This document shows positions 12,616-25,600 of a DNA stretch of 64,000 nt, piece after piece. Made by a program: the position numbers and the translations under genes. Numbering within the stretch: the first letter of the stretch is position 1; each line of letters starts with the position of its first letter. Origin of the DNA: Lama guanicoe (lineage: Eukaryota); NCBI GenBank assembly GCA_013239625.1, contig MU056303.1, positions 10,658,049 to 10,722,048 on the forward strand, in the 5' to 3' direction. The notes beneath the pieces were generated by a model that made no database searches, was not told the origin of the DNA, and saw only the letters and a program-made list of their open reading frames with translations.

Positions 12616-13254
12616 TGGTCGTTCAGCTGGACCTGGGATCTCATGGTGCTAGTCAGTGTTTCGCTAGCTGACTTGTCAGAGGAGCCAGGCTGTGAGGACA
12701 GACCCCAGCTGGGGGACTGCTGGAGTGAGATTCTGGGCAGCTCCTAAGGTGAACGCCCCTGGCTTACACTTGGCCTTCACTAGACACGCACTCCATGGAT
12801 ACTTCACACCTCCTACAGGTCTACATCCTTGGGACACATCAGGAGACAAACAGACACGTTCGTCCAGGCCCACTGAGAAGATCACAGTGAGATTAGATTT
12901 GCTGAGGAAGAAGCAAGGAAAGGCAGGGAGAGCCTTCACACTGATGCAGGCCTGACCCCTGCAGAGGGAGGAGGGGAGGGAAGGCGGCTTTGGGGAAGGA
13001 AGAGCTTCAGACCGAAGTACAGTTCAAGAAACAGCTGGGCCCGGCTAGTGGGGAGCTCTTGAACCTGAGTCGGCCATCTGAGGAGTCTTGCCCTTTGGGA
13101 GGTTGGGCCTGTCTTAGTACCTGCTGTGCTTGGCGGCTGGCTGGGGGCAGCCCTGGGAAGTGTGGCCTCAATACAAACATGGTGGTGGGTCCCAAAGGGC
13201 AGAGCCAAGACGGGGGGGGGGGTCAGTTACACTTCTGGCAGCAGAGGCCACAAC

Positions 13255-14015
13255 AGACGAACATTCTTACTCTCATGGAGTGAGGGAAAACAGACAATAC
13301 TCAGTACCCACAGTAAACAAACAAATAAAATGGTCTGATGGAAGTTTGTAAATACTATGCAAAAAATGGGGCAGTGTTAAGGAGATTGGAAGATCCAGGG
13401 TGGGGAAGGTTACAACTTAAATAAATGGGCCAAGCAGGGTCTCCTTGAGAACAAGACACTCAGGCCAAGCCCTGAAGGAGGTGAGGGAGTTAGCTTTGTG
13501 GATAGGTGGAGAAGAGTGTTTGATGAAGAGGGAATGGCTTGTGCAAAGGCCCTGGGGTATGTGTGTGTATGAAGAACAGCAAGGTAGCTGATATGTCTGG
13601 AATGGAGTGAGCCAACGGGAGATTGATAGAAGAGTGTGTCTGAGGGGGGCAGGACTGTAGGGCATTGCAAAGACTTAGCTTTTACTCTGAGTGACAGAGG
13701 AGACTTTGGAGGGTTTGAGGAGGGGAGTAACATGCTCTTACATTTTAAAAGGATCAGTCTGGCTCTGTGTTGAGAGTAGATTCTACAAAGCTAAGATGGA
13801 AGACTGGAGACCAATTGAAAAAGATGACAGCAATTCAGATGAGAGATGCTAATGGCTCAGACCAGGGTGGTGTCCGCGTGGAGGTGGTGAGAAGAAATAA
13901 AGGGACAAGTTCTGCATGGATTTTGAAGGTAGACCAAAAGAATATTCTGATGAGCTGTTGAGGGAAAGAGGGGACTCAAGGATCCACATTTTTGGCCCGA
14001 ATAACCAGAGGAAAT
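13255..14015 (-). mobile_element. L2 LINE fragment
   Basis: cctgaaggaggtgagggagttagc...tgcaaaggccctggg...gagggttttgag-like...cattttaaaaggatcagtctggct are hallmark L2 reverse-complement motifs. Confidence 0.85.
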
Positions 14016-14019
14016 TAGT

Positions 14020-16095
14020 GCCAGAACCATAAAAATAGAATGTAGAGCTTTCAAACCAGCAGAGAAAAATTTATCTATCCAGTGGGAGGGAGGAAAGAAG
14101 GAAGAAAGAGTATGGAAAATGGGAAACGTGAAATAAAATGGCAAACATAATTCTTACTATAACATCCATTTACAATGATGTAAGTGGATTAAGCTCATAA
14201 TTCAAAAAATAGAGACTCTTGAAGTGGATTAAAAACACAAGATTTAGGGTTACACTTTCCACCAGAGACACAAGAGGCTGGAAATAAAGTGGCAGAAGAA
14301 GATACAGCCAGCAAATACGAACAAAAGAAAATTTACAAGAGGGGAAAAAATGGAACATTCCAGTAAGAGGAATAAAAGATCAGAAAACTATAACAATCAT
14401 GAAAAATATATACACATCTAACAATATACCATCAAATATATATGTGTGCGCTTTTACACAAGCACACATATAAAACAGCTAAAGCTACGTGTAGGGAGAA
14501 ATACATAAACTGACCATTTCACTTGAATATTTTAAACATGCTTCTTTTATAACTTGATAGAGCAAGCAGATGAGATTGATCAAGTCTATAGAATATTTGA
14601 ATAGCTTGTTTAATAAGCTTAAATGTCTGTGTATATATGCACACATATAACTTTATAGCTAACAAACGGAAAATGCACATTCTTTTGATTCTATGTAGAG
14701 TCACAGAAATGACCATAAATCAGGGAACAAAGGCAGCCTCAGTAAATTCCAAAGAACTGACATCATTTGAATACTGTTCTCTGACTGTAAAACGATAAAA
14801 CTTGACAAAACACCAGAAAAACTCCACGCCAAAACCACGCAGGTCTGGAAACTAGAAAAATGGCACTAATAAAAAGCCTTCGGATGAACGAAGGAATAAT
14901 ACAGCAATGGCGAAATATTTAGAGCTAAGTGAATGGATAAACCGCATGACCAGATTTGTGGGACACAGATAAAGCCGCACTTAGGACAAAATGTATAATT
15001 TTAAATCTATTTATTAGAAGACAGAGGAGGGCAGGAAACAAATGAGCTAAGCTCTTATCTCCAGAGACTGAAAAAGTAGTGATGGAATAAGCCTAAAGAG
15101 AAAGAAGAAAATAATAGACATAAAGGCAGAAATAAATAAAGAGCAAATTGCAATTAAAAATCACAGAAGTTGAGCAAAGCTGATTGTAGGTCTTTGGAAC
15201 AGATTAATAAAATAAGCAAACCTCTGGCAAGACTGAGGGGGGAAGAAAGAGATGTGACAAGATAAAACTGAAAGAGTAAACTGACAGACAACCGATTTTT
15301 AAAAAAATTGTAAAATAGTATTAGGAACAAATATTACAAGACACGAATCACTTCGAAAAATCAGATGAATTGGATAGCTTTCTGGGAAAAGGAGAAATGC
15401 CCAAATTGGCAAAGAGCAGACAGAAAACTCGAACAGACCAGTCATGAGTAAAGAACTTAAAATTAAAGCCAATCTTCCCCTTTAAAACCCTGGGCTGACG
15501 TCACTTTAGAGTTGAGCCCCACAAAGTATTTATAGAGAAAAATAACCCCCGTTTTGTAGAAGCGGGTCCAGAAAACAGAAAAAGGAGAAAAAAAGAAAAG
15601 CTGTCTGATTGATTTAACGAAGGTAGTTTAATTGTTACTCTTAAACTAGACAAAGAAAGGAGGAAAAACATTATAGGCATGTATCACTTGTAAAAATAGA
15701 TGAAAACAATACTAAATAAAACATTAGCTCACCGAGTCCAGTAGTGTATTAAACAATCACGCAGTCATCTCGGGTTTATGTGAAAGATGCAGGAGTGATT
15801 AACAGCAGAAGGTCCTGCAATTCACCACATTCATGGACCAACGGAGGAAAAAAACCATATGATTAGCTCAAGGGATGCAAAAAAGCATTTGATAAAGTTA
15901 AATACCTTTTTTTTTAAACAAGGATAATACTAATTAAAAAGATGTTCAACACACATTTATAACAATAACCATCAACATAATACATTTCACAGGAAACTAG
16001 GAATAGAGGGGACTCCGCCGACTCTGGGAAGGCTGCTTACCCAGAACCTCCAGCAACTCCCCACTGAGTGCAGAAGCGTGAGCATCATTGTTCTG
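14020..16095 (+). mobile_element. Ancient L1, ORF2 endonuclease to start of RT (decayed)
   Basis: gatgtaagtggattaagctca...aagtggattaaaaac resembles NVNGLNS...WIK (endonuclease); aaaaaccatatgattagctcaagggatgcaaaaaagcatttgataaag resembles NHMIIS.DAEKAFDK; aaactaggaatagagggg encodes KLGIEG. Confidence 0.85.
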
Positions 16096-17449
16096 TTTTT
16101 CAAGAAGCTGATATGCGGACCCAGGTCTGCCCGGGCCCCAGATCTCATGCTGTTTCCTGCCTGTGGGACAAAGGCTGAGGCATAGACAGGCTCTAGGAAT
16201 GTTCTCAGGAGCAAGACAATTTTGACTGATGAGAACAGAAACTCAGTTCTGCAAAGAAGTGGGGACTCGATCATGGATTTGACAGGGACAAAAGCGTTAA
16301 ATAGTAAGTTTTCCTAACGCATAACGTGTCTGTCTTTGAGCAGGAGCCTGTCTGTCTTGACGTTGGCTCCCAGTGGCTCTCACTCGGTGTAGCGGCATTA
16401 GTGAGTGAGCCACTTTTCTGGCACAGGAGTGCTTGGTGGTGAGCGAAGAAGTGGTGTGACGTCCACAGATGCCATCTGGAAGCCTTTGGTAGACGGAGGA
16501 AGAGCAAGGGGTGGAGAGATCTGAGCAGCAGTCCTGCCGGGGGCCCTGAGAATAGAAATCACTGAGAGCATTTTTAGACATTTGTGCTGATACTGGTGGG
16601 TATAGTGCCCTTTCTCTTAAATTTTTAAGAAGAACTCTAGTCAAGACAACACTCTTTTCAACCTTTGAGTCTTTTGGTGTTTTTGTGGAACCCAGGGGCA
16701 GGAAGTGTAGCCTGGATCCCAGAGCCCGAGGGGTGGGGTTGGGGGAGGCCTCATGCTGAGTGTTCTCTTCACTCTCTTTCTCCCTCTTGCTCTCCCCCCA
16801 CCAATCCCGCCAGATCCACGAACATTTAGGAGCTGGGGAGCAGCAATCTTGTGCAAAGTGCTTGAATATTTCACATCCTTGATTTAAGGGACCAACAGAG
16901 TCTGGCTGATGCCTCTTTGACCCAAATTCAAATTCTTGTAAGAAGGACTCTAATGACCTTAGCCGGGGTCAGGTGTCCACTCTGCTCTAAGCTGTGTGGT
17001 CAGCGATGGGACAGTGAGAAGGGGCGGGGCAGAGTCGCTGGCACAAACATGGCTAGAAGGGCTCATCCGTGGGATGGGAGCTTGGACCTCAGAAAAGGAG
17101 GTGTGGGGTGGCCGACTTCCCCAGGTTCACTCTGCACCAGTCTTAAAAGACAAAAAAAACAGAGTCTTCTTGAAAGCCAGAGTCTGGCTGAAGATTGATG
17201 TCATGTGACTGCACATGTGGAGTGGTCCTAGGAGGGCGCCAACTAAGAAACGAACCATCTAGAAGCCATGTCCAGTGGCCGCCTGGTGAGCTCTGAGGTC
17301 ACAGAGCTAATTCTAACTGGGAAGGGGCAACACGTGAAAGAAAAGAATTCATAACAGCTTGACACCCTCCGGGCTGAATCCAGCAATTTTATTTTTACTT
17401 GTTCAGGAGGGGGGAGAAGTCACCACTAATTTCACAATTACTTCATTCC

Positions 17450-17605
17450 NNNNNNNNNNNNNNNNNNNNNNNNNNNNNNNNNNNNNNNNNNNNNNNNNNN
17501 NNNNNNNNNNNNNNNNNNNNNNNNNNNNNNNNNNNNNNNNNNNNNNNNNNNNNNNNNNNNNNNNNNNNNNNNNNNNNNNNNNNNNNNNNNNNNNNNNNNN
17601 NNNNN
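17450..17605. other. Assembly gap (156 N)
   Basis: N run. Confidence 1.
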
Positions 17606-18454
17606 AATTAGTTATTAATGACCTAGGAGAGAGACACTTAAAAAAAGTCAGCTGGGGGAGGGAAATACATCACTTGGGCAGGCTCCGATGGGGGATCCTG
17701 CCTCCTCCATTTCTCAAGTGATTCCAGTTTTGCTGACTGAACCTCTTGCCTTGGCTTCTGTCCTTCCTCTCCCCATGTGTGCGATTTGGGGCTTGAATCA
17801 TACGTGAATTCTTTGGCAGCAATTAGGAGTTGAAGGTTGCCACCATCCATCACGACAAGGGGGACGCCGTCTCCACCTGCCTTAAGAGCTGGGGGCGACC
17901 CCTCACCCTAGCTCCCTGCTGTTGATGCTCTCCGGCCAGCGCTGTGTGAGCACCAGATGGACTTTTAAAACCAGTGTGAATGGCACGCCGTTTATTACCA
18001 TTACTTTCCACCTATAACCTGCCTCCTAGTTGAAGGGGAAATTTTGTTCAAGTCCCCCGGGCTCTCTTTGAGGGTGAAGATGATACACCTTCATTAGCGC
18101 TTTTACAGCTATTGTGGAAGCTGCCTTCTAAATTCACTTTAAATGGCATTTGTTCTTCCTCCCCAAAGTGCTTTTTGGGTTCCTACTCCATGCCCCGCGC
18201 CGTCAGGGTCTGTGGGGAGAAGGAGAGCGAGCTAAAATGTGCTCCACGCTCACCTAGAGCTCTAACCTGAGGGACGCCCCCTAACGCAGTGCAATGACGG
18301 CGCCTTCCAGAATGAGGAAGCTGCCAAACTGAATGGCTGCTGCAGTGCGCGGCATGTAGGGTGGGATGCGGGGACAGGGAGGGTCCCCGCCAGAGCAGCA
18401 GTGGGGGAGGGCCAGATTCTGCGCAGCATTCCCAGAGCGGTGCGAAGGGGAGGC

Positions 18455-19135
18455 TCATTCATTCCACATTTACGGAGTCAGGTCCACCGCGTGCCAGGAG
18501 AGCTAACGCCACGTGGGTCCGGGAGCTGCAGATGCAATGCAGACCCATGTCTCATGTGATTCGTGTGTGTGTGTGTGTGTGTTTTGGGGCCAGAGGAGAT
18601 GCCAATAGTCAACACATGTTTAGTAAATAAATTAAGCTGTGTATTAGAAGATAAGGGCTACAAGGAGAGGGAATACAGTGAGGTAAGGGGGCCTGGAGGG
18701 GTGGACAGGAGCAGGTGGGGCAGCCAGGATCGGGCTCGCTCAACCCATGACAGCTGAGTCAAGATTTCCAGGGAGGAAGTGAGGGATTTCATTTTGCAAG
18801 TCTCTGGGGAGAAGACTTTTCAGGCCGAGGAACAGCCAGGGTCCAGGCTGGGAGGCAGGTGTGGGCTTGGTATGTTGCAGGGGTAGCAGACAGGCCGGCG
18901 GCTGGAGCCGAGCAAAGGAGCAGTGGAGGGCAGAGGGAGGGGAAACTGGAGACGTAATAGGACTGGACCAGGTGGTAGCGTCCTGTGAGCCAGTGTAAGG
19001 ACTCACCTCCTTGTCCAAGTAAAATGCAGAGTCATTGAACGGTTTTGAGCAGAGGAGGCATGTGATCGGAATTATGTCTTCAAGGCATCCTTCTTTCTGG
19101 CATATTGTGAGTAACTGTAGGGGCAAGGATGGAAG
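18455..19135 (-). mobile_element. L2 LINE fragment
   Basis: cattcattccacattta...gtcattgaacggttttgagcagaggaggcatgtgatc. Confidence 0.75.
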
Positions 19136-19454
19136 CTCGCTCCTTCTCCTGAGAGCACCCGCCAGGAACCACTTCCCCTAAACCCCTCCCGTGGTCTCGG
19201 CTGGGAGCTGCAGAGGCATCTGCACTCAAGGTAGGGTGTGGATTAGCAGACAGGAGGGGGAATTGCTCTCCAGGCGGAGAACAGGTCAGCAGTTAACTTA
19301 GTCATGGGGATGAGCAGTGAGCCCGGTGTGTGTGGGAGCCTGAGAGGGGAGCCTGGCCAGGGCTTGAGCTGGGCAAGTTAGGGATGCTGACATCTCAGTG
19401 GGTGTGGGCCCAAGTGGAAGAAGCAGCAGGTGTGTGTGCGCGCGCATGCGTTAA

Positions 19455-19660
19455 GGCGGTCGAGGAGCGCAATTATGAACATCAAATCAAGCTAATTTAC
19501 ATGGATAAATTGTAGCCAGTGAAGCTTGGCTCGCAGGTCTGATTTATTTAGGGCAGGAGGGGATAGGCAGGGGGCACCCCTCAGGTGTGCGAGCGGCAGC
19601 CTGGCCGTCCTTATAAATAATCCTGTCAACCCCAGTTAAATCCTGGTTACTCCATTGAGC
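19455..19660. promoter_or_regulatory. Candidate PBX/HOX/MEIS enhancer
   Basis: ACATCAAATCAA, CTAATTTA, TGATTTAT, TGTCA and TAATCC clustered in non-repeat DNA. Confidence 0.45.
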
Positions 19661-19774
19661 ACCTGGGGAGGAAGCATCAGGGCGATTTCAGAAGCGTTTT
19701 CCGACCTCTCCCCCTTTCTCTTTCTGGAACATTGGAGGACTAATCTTTTATAAATAAGCTTGGTTGCCCTACAG

Positions 19775-21165
19775 TTCTAATTATAAAGATGAAATATGTT
19801 CAATATAGAACATTTGAAAAATATAGAACGATATAAAGACAAAAATTAAGAGAACTCCAATCTTACCACTGAGACGACCACTTTAACACTTAAAGGAATT
19901 CCTTCCAGTCTTTTTTTTTCTATGTATGAATACATTTTAAAATAACAGAATTCCTTACTAATTGCTTTTTCAGTCTGTGTTCAGGTTTTTAAAGATTTAA
20001 GATTATATTTTGAGACTTCTCCTATGCCACTGCTCTTAAATGGCTGTAATCATCTACTCTGTGGACACACAATAGCCTTTTAGCCAATCTCCAATTAGTG
20101 GGCGTGAGGATTATTTCCAGGTTTTGGTTCTTATAAATAATATTGCAATAAAAACATTGTTCGTAAGTCTTTGCTTATACCTCTGATAATTTAGGGTACA
20201 TCCCTAGGAGTAAGGGTCCTGTTACATACTGTCAGATTACTTTCCAGAACATCTGTGTGTGTGTGTTTTGTTTTTGGTTTTAATCAATTTATACTGCTAA
20301 CAGCAGTAATAGAGGATGATCATGTTATGGCACGAGATATTATTATTAAAGACATTTAATGGTCATTTGTATTTTTATGTAGAAATCTATATCCTCTGCC
20401 TATTTTTAACTGATGTGTTTTTATTTTTAAATATGAGCACTCTATATAATAATGTAAAAAGGGTTGCTTAATTAGACACTGATTTTATTTTATTCCGATG
20501 TGTCATTTGCCTGTTTATTTATAAGAGGGATTTTGACGTGCACAGATTTAATTTTGTATGCAGAACTTTTTCTCAGCTTTTTCTTCTTTGTGCTTACTTG
20601 GTCTTTCCCACCCTAAGGCAGACTAAATTTTCACTTATATTTTCTACTTATTTTATGATTTCATTATGATTTATGAGTTATAAAATTTATCCACCTGGAA
20701 TTAATTTTGATAAAAAATTTTAAAAAATTATTAATTAAATGATAAACCAAATATCAATGCTAATCTTTTCCAGTTGGTTGGTGATGACATCTACTTTTAA
20801 AATACCTTTATATACGTGTGTATTTATTTATACACTTGAATTTTCTGTGTACTGTCTTCATCCTTTCATCAGCTCCAGACCGTCTGATCCCTGTCATTAG
20901 GGTCAGTTTTAATACCTGTCACTGCAAGTTTCTCTTTTTGTAATATTTTTGGGAAAACATTGCACGTTATTTTTACAGATGGCCATTGGAATCACCTAGT
21001 TACAGGAAAAAATTCCATGGGAATCTTGGTTGGAGTTGCACTAAGTTTATAAATTAATATGTGAAGAAATGAATATTTTTTACACTATGCAGCTTTCCCG
21101 TTCACAGATACATAGTCCCGGCTCACGTTTTCTTTAAATAGAGTGCTGTTTTGTTTGTACAGGAT
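19775..21165 (-). mobile_element. Ancient L1 (L1ME/L1MC-like) 3' portion
   Basis: T-rich; tgggaatcttggttggagttgcactaagtttataaattaat is the reverse complement of ORF2 LIYKFNAIPIKIP-like sequence; 3' UTR motifs toward 19800. Confidence 0.75.
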
Positions 21166-22489
21166 TAGGGTGGCCCTCTTGGCTCCAGGGGAAGATGGGA
21201 ACAGGGCACAGAGGTGTAAGAGAGGCAGAGAGAGGAGCTTGTCGATGTCCACCCTCACATTTGACCCTACACCCTCTACTGGGGTCCCACATGGGGTCTC
21301 TTTAATGAGGTTCACTGCCTAGAGGCCCAGGGCTGCTCACATCTGACCCGGAAGCCTATGCAAGCATCGCTTCTATTTCTAGACCTTGCTGTTCCTGTCT
21401 TATTTCCACTTTCTTCATTTCTGAGTATTTGTCTGACTCTGCATTTACAGTTTTTGTGTAGTGCTGGGAAGGTAGGTGGTTAGAAGATACTTGCTCGGCT
21501 TCAGTGTAGGAGGACATTACTGCAGGTATGAGGCTGGATTCGCCACACATCCTACCCAAGCTGGCAAGACGCAGGGTCTGATTGCTCAGTATGATGCGCA
21601 ACTCTGATTTCCTGGCCCTAACACTGAAGCAAGTTCAGCTTATTTGCAGACAACCGCCGGTCGTCTAAACTTCTGGACTATCTTCTTAGTTTCTCTGTCT
21701 TTCAATCTCCAGATAAAGCCAGAGTTGTGCCTCTTAGCACATGTGTGTGGTGTGTGAGTGTGTGTGAGTGTGAGCATATGTTACTTAAAAAAATCCATCT
21801 AGACAGCCTAAAACTCAGAGCCTAGATCGCCTCTGGTCCCCATTCTTTATCAGCAGCACCTGTTCAGCTCCCTGACTATTTTCTCTTTCTTTGAGTGAGG
21901 AGGTCAGTCTTGCTGGAGCCAAAGGCTTGTATTGGAATGGCATCACAGTAAGTTGGACCCATTGGGTTGGAAGATCACCCTGGCCCTGGAGATTGTCTCG
22001 AGACAGAAGTGGTCCCAGGGTGCCTCTAAGCCTTCAAACCTGTCCTGGAACTCCAGGTTGATAAGACCTTAACTTAGATTAGACTTGAATAATCAGCCTG
22101 TTATGCTCTGGACATCCTCATTAATCTGCTCTAGGGCTAGGAGGGAATTCCCAGGACGCATCCTTCTTCCGCTGCCAGCTCCATCCTCCAGCCTGACTCG
22201 GCCTGGATATCAGCTCCTCACCCTCACCCTCGGTCCCTTTGGGATGGTGATTGGGAAGCTGGGTGGTTACTCTCTTCATGGTTTCCTGGTCTTGGTAGGA
22301 AGAAAAAGTTGGAAGAGAGGGGCAAAAGCCGAAAGATGTGCTCCAGGTCAGCGTCCCTGGTTCTCATCACTCTTATTATTCCAAAATAAGTTTCCCAAAA
22401 GGGTTTGTTCCTTTGAGAAGTAGAAGGAAAGAATTTTTTTTTGGTAAAGGGGAGAAGAAGGGAGGAAAGAGGAAGAAATTCACCATTTA

Positions 22490-22765
22490 CAACTGTGCCT
22501 CGGTATCCACTGGGGGTTGGTTGCAGGGACCCTCCACACATACCAAAACCATGGATGCTCAAGTCCCATAGTCGGCCTTCTGTATCTGTGGATCCAGAAA
22601 TACGTGATCTGTGGTTGGTTGAACCAGCAGGTGCAGAATCACACCTACCCCCCCCCCCCGCAGATGGGGAACACCTGATGGATGTGGAACCATGAACCCA
22701 GGGCCAACTGTACATTTATGAAAAAAACCAGTGTGTAAGCAGACCGTGAAGTTCAGATCGGTGCC
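22490..22765. mobile_element. TcMar-Tigger MITE (MER2-like) followed by a Tigger2/MER8-like terminal fragment
   Basis: TA|caactgtgcctcggtatcc...ggatgctcaagtccc...agggccaactg|TA (22490-22710), then catttatgaaaaaaaccagtgtgtaagcagaccg. Confidence 0.75.
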
Positions 22766-23019
22766 TCCTTTCTTATCTATAATTTAGACGTCCAGTTCCG
22801 TTGTGAAATTCTTTTATGAAGAGGAATACTTTGCTCATGCTCTGTCCACCATGTCGACCCCGACTCAGGTGTTCCTGGCTTGTGTCTTGGCAACTTTCCT
22901 CTGCTCTTCAGACTTCATCTGTCCTCTTCTTGCTCTTTTCTTGCCTTGTTCCCCGCACACCTGAGGTTCGCCCCTCCCCTCTCTCTTTCTTGCAGGAGTT
23001 GGGCTCCGTGTCAAAGTCA

Positions 23020-23210
23020 TACAGAATTGTCTAATTATAACAGATTAATCCGTTAGGATTTATGCCTTTCTGTTTACTGGCTGGAACTATCTATTTCACA
23101 GCTGTGGCTCCCACATCTAACCAGCTAGCAGGCAATTTAAATATAGAAAGCAATTTAACCTAGTTGGATACCAGGCATCTCTCTTAATGCAGTGCATAAA
23201 TTTTGAAGCT
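23020..23210. promoter_or_regulatory. Candidate enhancer (homeodomain/FOX)
   Basis: CTAATTA, GATTAATCC (OTX/PITX-type), GATTTATG, TGTTTAC (FOX), two GCAATTTAA. Confidence 0.35.
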
Positions 23211-24385
23211 CTTTGCTCTCAGCCCTCAAAAGGGCAGCCAGCAGCTTCATGTCCTAGAAGGAGCTGGCTTTTCAGGGAATTTACACCCCAAGAAGGGGTC
23301 CTGCGTATTGGATTAAAAATAAAGGAATCTTCAAATGAAGTCAGGGGTTGTTTTCAGGTCAGTTCAGCTTTCCCTTTTTCTTCCTTTTTTGGGGACAATA
23401 ATTGTCCGCTTAACCGAACTTTCTGGGGGTCTGACATCAATTGGAGGCTACCTTGCTTTCTTCTCGCTCTGACTTCCATTTATTGCCTGTTTGAGTGAAG
23501 TGTTCTTTTTGTACAATAGTCGGGGTCACCCTGCTTGCTGAGAGCTTGCGGTCTGCATGACACCACGTCTTCAGCCTCGTGGTACTCTCAGCCCCTGGCC
23601 CGGCACTCAGCTTGTAGTGGGCTCTCAGCAAATATGCGTAACAATTGGAAAAAGAGGTGGGGGATGGTCATGCGACCTGACAAACCCAGCTCTAAGCCCC
23701 AAACTCGAAGACATGGTGTTTAAGACACACGGACTCCCATGATGTGTGAATGCACAGTGACTTCTCTTCAAGGGAGGAGATGAGCAGAGAGAGATGTTTT
23801 GCTGAGAAGGAAGGGGACTAGGAGGCACATGGTCCAAGTCTTCAAGTACTGGATGAGCTGCTATGACCATGTGGGATTGGATGCCCCCTTTTCTTTCCCA
23901 CATGGCCCCAGAGGCAGAGATATTAGAATAAGGGATGGAAGTTACAGGGAAAAAGAGTTGGTTTTAACTTATTTATAGGAAGAACTTTGCATTGATCAAA
24001 GCTTTTTTTTTTTAAATAGAAATCTCGACTTCAAGAGTTAAGAAATTTCTCACAACTATCTGTCCTTAAGTGGAGGCTGGACAGACACGGACAGGGAGGC
24101 TGTAGTGGGTTTTAGAGCCAGACAGGGCCAGAGACCTTGAAGATGCTGTCTGCCTGATCCATGATGTCCACCTGATGCTACGGCCACTTCTGCATCTGTC
24201 TTTGGAAATCTGGGACCTGAAATGCAAGCTGTTTTCTCCACTTCTTCTGCCAGAGGAGGCCTTGGAGGGGGCTGGGAGCTTGCTTACTGTGCAGTCCCTG
24301 AGCCAAGAGAGGAAATGCATGCTCACTGGCTTGAGTTTAGTGTCTCTCAAGGCAGCATGGTCATGGCAGTGATGGCTCACGATGT

Positions 24386-24824
24386 TGTGTAAGTTTCTTA
24401 GAGCTGCCGTGACAAAGTGCCACAACCCGAGTGCCTTACACAGCAGACGTGAGTCTCACAGTTTTGGAGGCTGGAAGTCTGAGAGCGAGGAGTTGGTAGG
24501 GCCACGCTCCCTCTGAAGGCTCTAGCGAGGGATCCATTCCAGGCATCTCTCTTAGCTGTGGGTAGTTTCTTGGCACAACCCCAGACTTCACATGGCATCC
24601 TCCGTGTGTATGTGTGTGTGTGTGTGTGTCTGTGTCCAAATCCCTGCCTTTTTAAAGGATATCAGTCACATTAGATTAAGGGTTCACCCTATTCTAGTAT
24701 GAACTCATCTTAACTAATTGCATTTGGAAAGACATTGTTCCCCAGTAAGGTCACATTGCGAGGTACTGGGGGAGGGTTAACTTCAACATATGAATTTTAG
24801 GGGGATAATATTAAACCCATAGTA
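24386..24824 (-). mobile_element. MaLR solo LTR (MLT1B/C-like) with internal (TG)n
   Basis: tctcacagttttggaggctggaagtctgag...ctgaaggctctag...aaggtcacattgcgaggtactgggg...cttcaacatatgaatttt. Confidence 0.9.
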
Positions 24825-25052
24825 GGGTGAGAGGGGTGAGCTATGGAATGGGTGGTTTGATTGTAGGACCCAGTGGACCTTTGCATTGTTTTCTCTTTTT
24901 TTGAAGTCATAATATGGACATATATACATACAAATGTGTAAATATATCTGTGTATTCACTACTTTAAAATTTACTTGTTAGTTTGCTCATTTGCAAATAT
25001 CATCAGCTTCATCAGTTTTCTATACAACTTACACAGCCTTTATCATCATTTC

Positions 25053-25206
25053 TTTTTTGGGGGGGAGGTAATTAGGTCTACTTATTTATTTAATTTATTA
25101 TTATTATTATTATTATTAATTATTTTAAATGGAGGTGCTGGGCATTGAACCCAGGACCTCATGCATGCTAAGCATGCACTCTACCACTGAGCTATACCCT
25201 GCCCCC
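25053..25206 (-). mobile_element. Camelid tRNA-Ala-derived SINE (Vic-1-like), long form
   Basis: Reverse complement reads gggtatagctcagtggtagagtgcatgcttagcatgcatgaggtcctgggttcaatgcccagcacctcc, then an AT-rich linker, acctaattacctcccccc and an A tail; Pol III A and B boxes intact. Confidence 0.85.
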
Positions 25207-25399
25207 TGGATGGTTTTTGATGGGTGTGGAATAACTTTAGAGGGTCCCAGTGTGAACAACTCCATAAACCCATCCATCTGCTCTATGTAAAGTCCACCTA
25301 GGTGTGTCCTCTTTTTTGAACTCTAACAGTATTTGGGGTGCATATCACAGTTCGGCCCTTAATTGTGTCCTTACACTGTTCTTTGCTTCATATTAAGAA

Positions 25400-25600
25400 G
25401 CTATTATCGAGCACTGCTATATACTTGAGGAATGTGATATATACAATATCTCAATTAATGATGGCTGTGAAATGGATGATAGTGGTCCCATTTTACAGGT
25501 AAAGAAACAGATGCATAGAGGATGTTCTGTAGCTTGCTCAAGGCCATAGAGCGAGTAGGTGGCCGAACTGGGATTGGAGCCCCCGCCTATTTGGCTCTGG
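25400..25600 (-). mobile_element. MIR SINE
   Basis: gtcccattttacaggtaaagaaacagatgcatagagg...cttgctcaaggccatagagcgagtaggtggc. Confidence 0.75.

Noticed and set aside
2930-21165. L1 pieces at 2.9-4.4, 14.0-16.1 and 19.8-21.2 kb as one rearranged element
   Set aside because: Order and strands do not fit a single insertion, and two pieces cover the same part of ORF2
25131-25206. Apparent tRNA-Ala(AGC) gene
   Set aside because: Followed by an AT-rich SINE body and A tail, with a second diverged TSD-flanked copy at 35.3 kb; it is a SINE head
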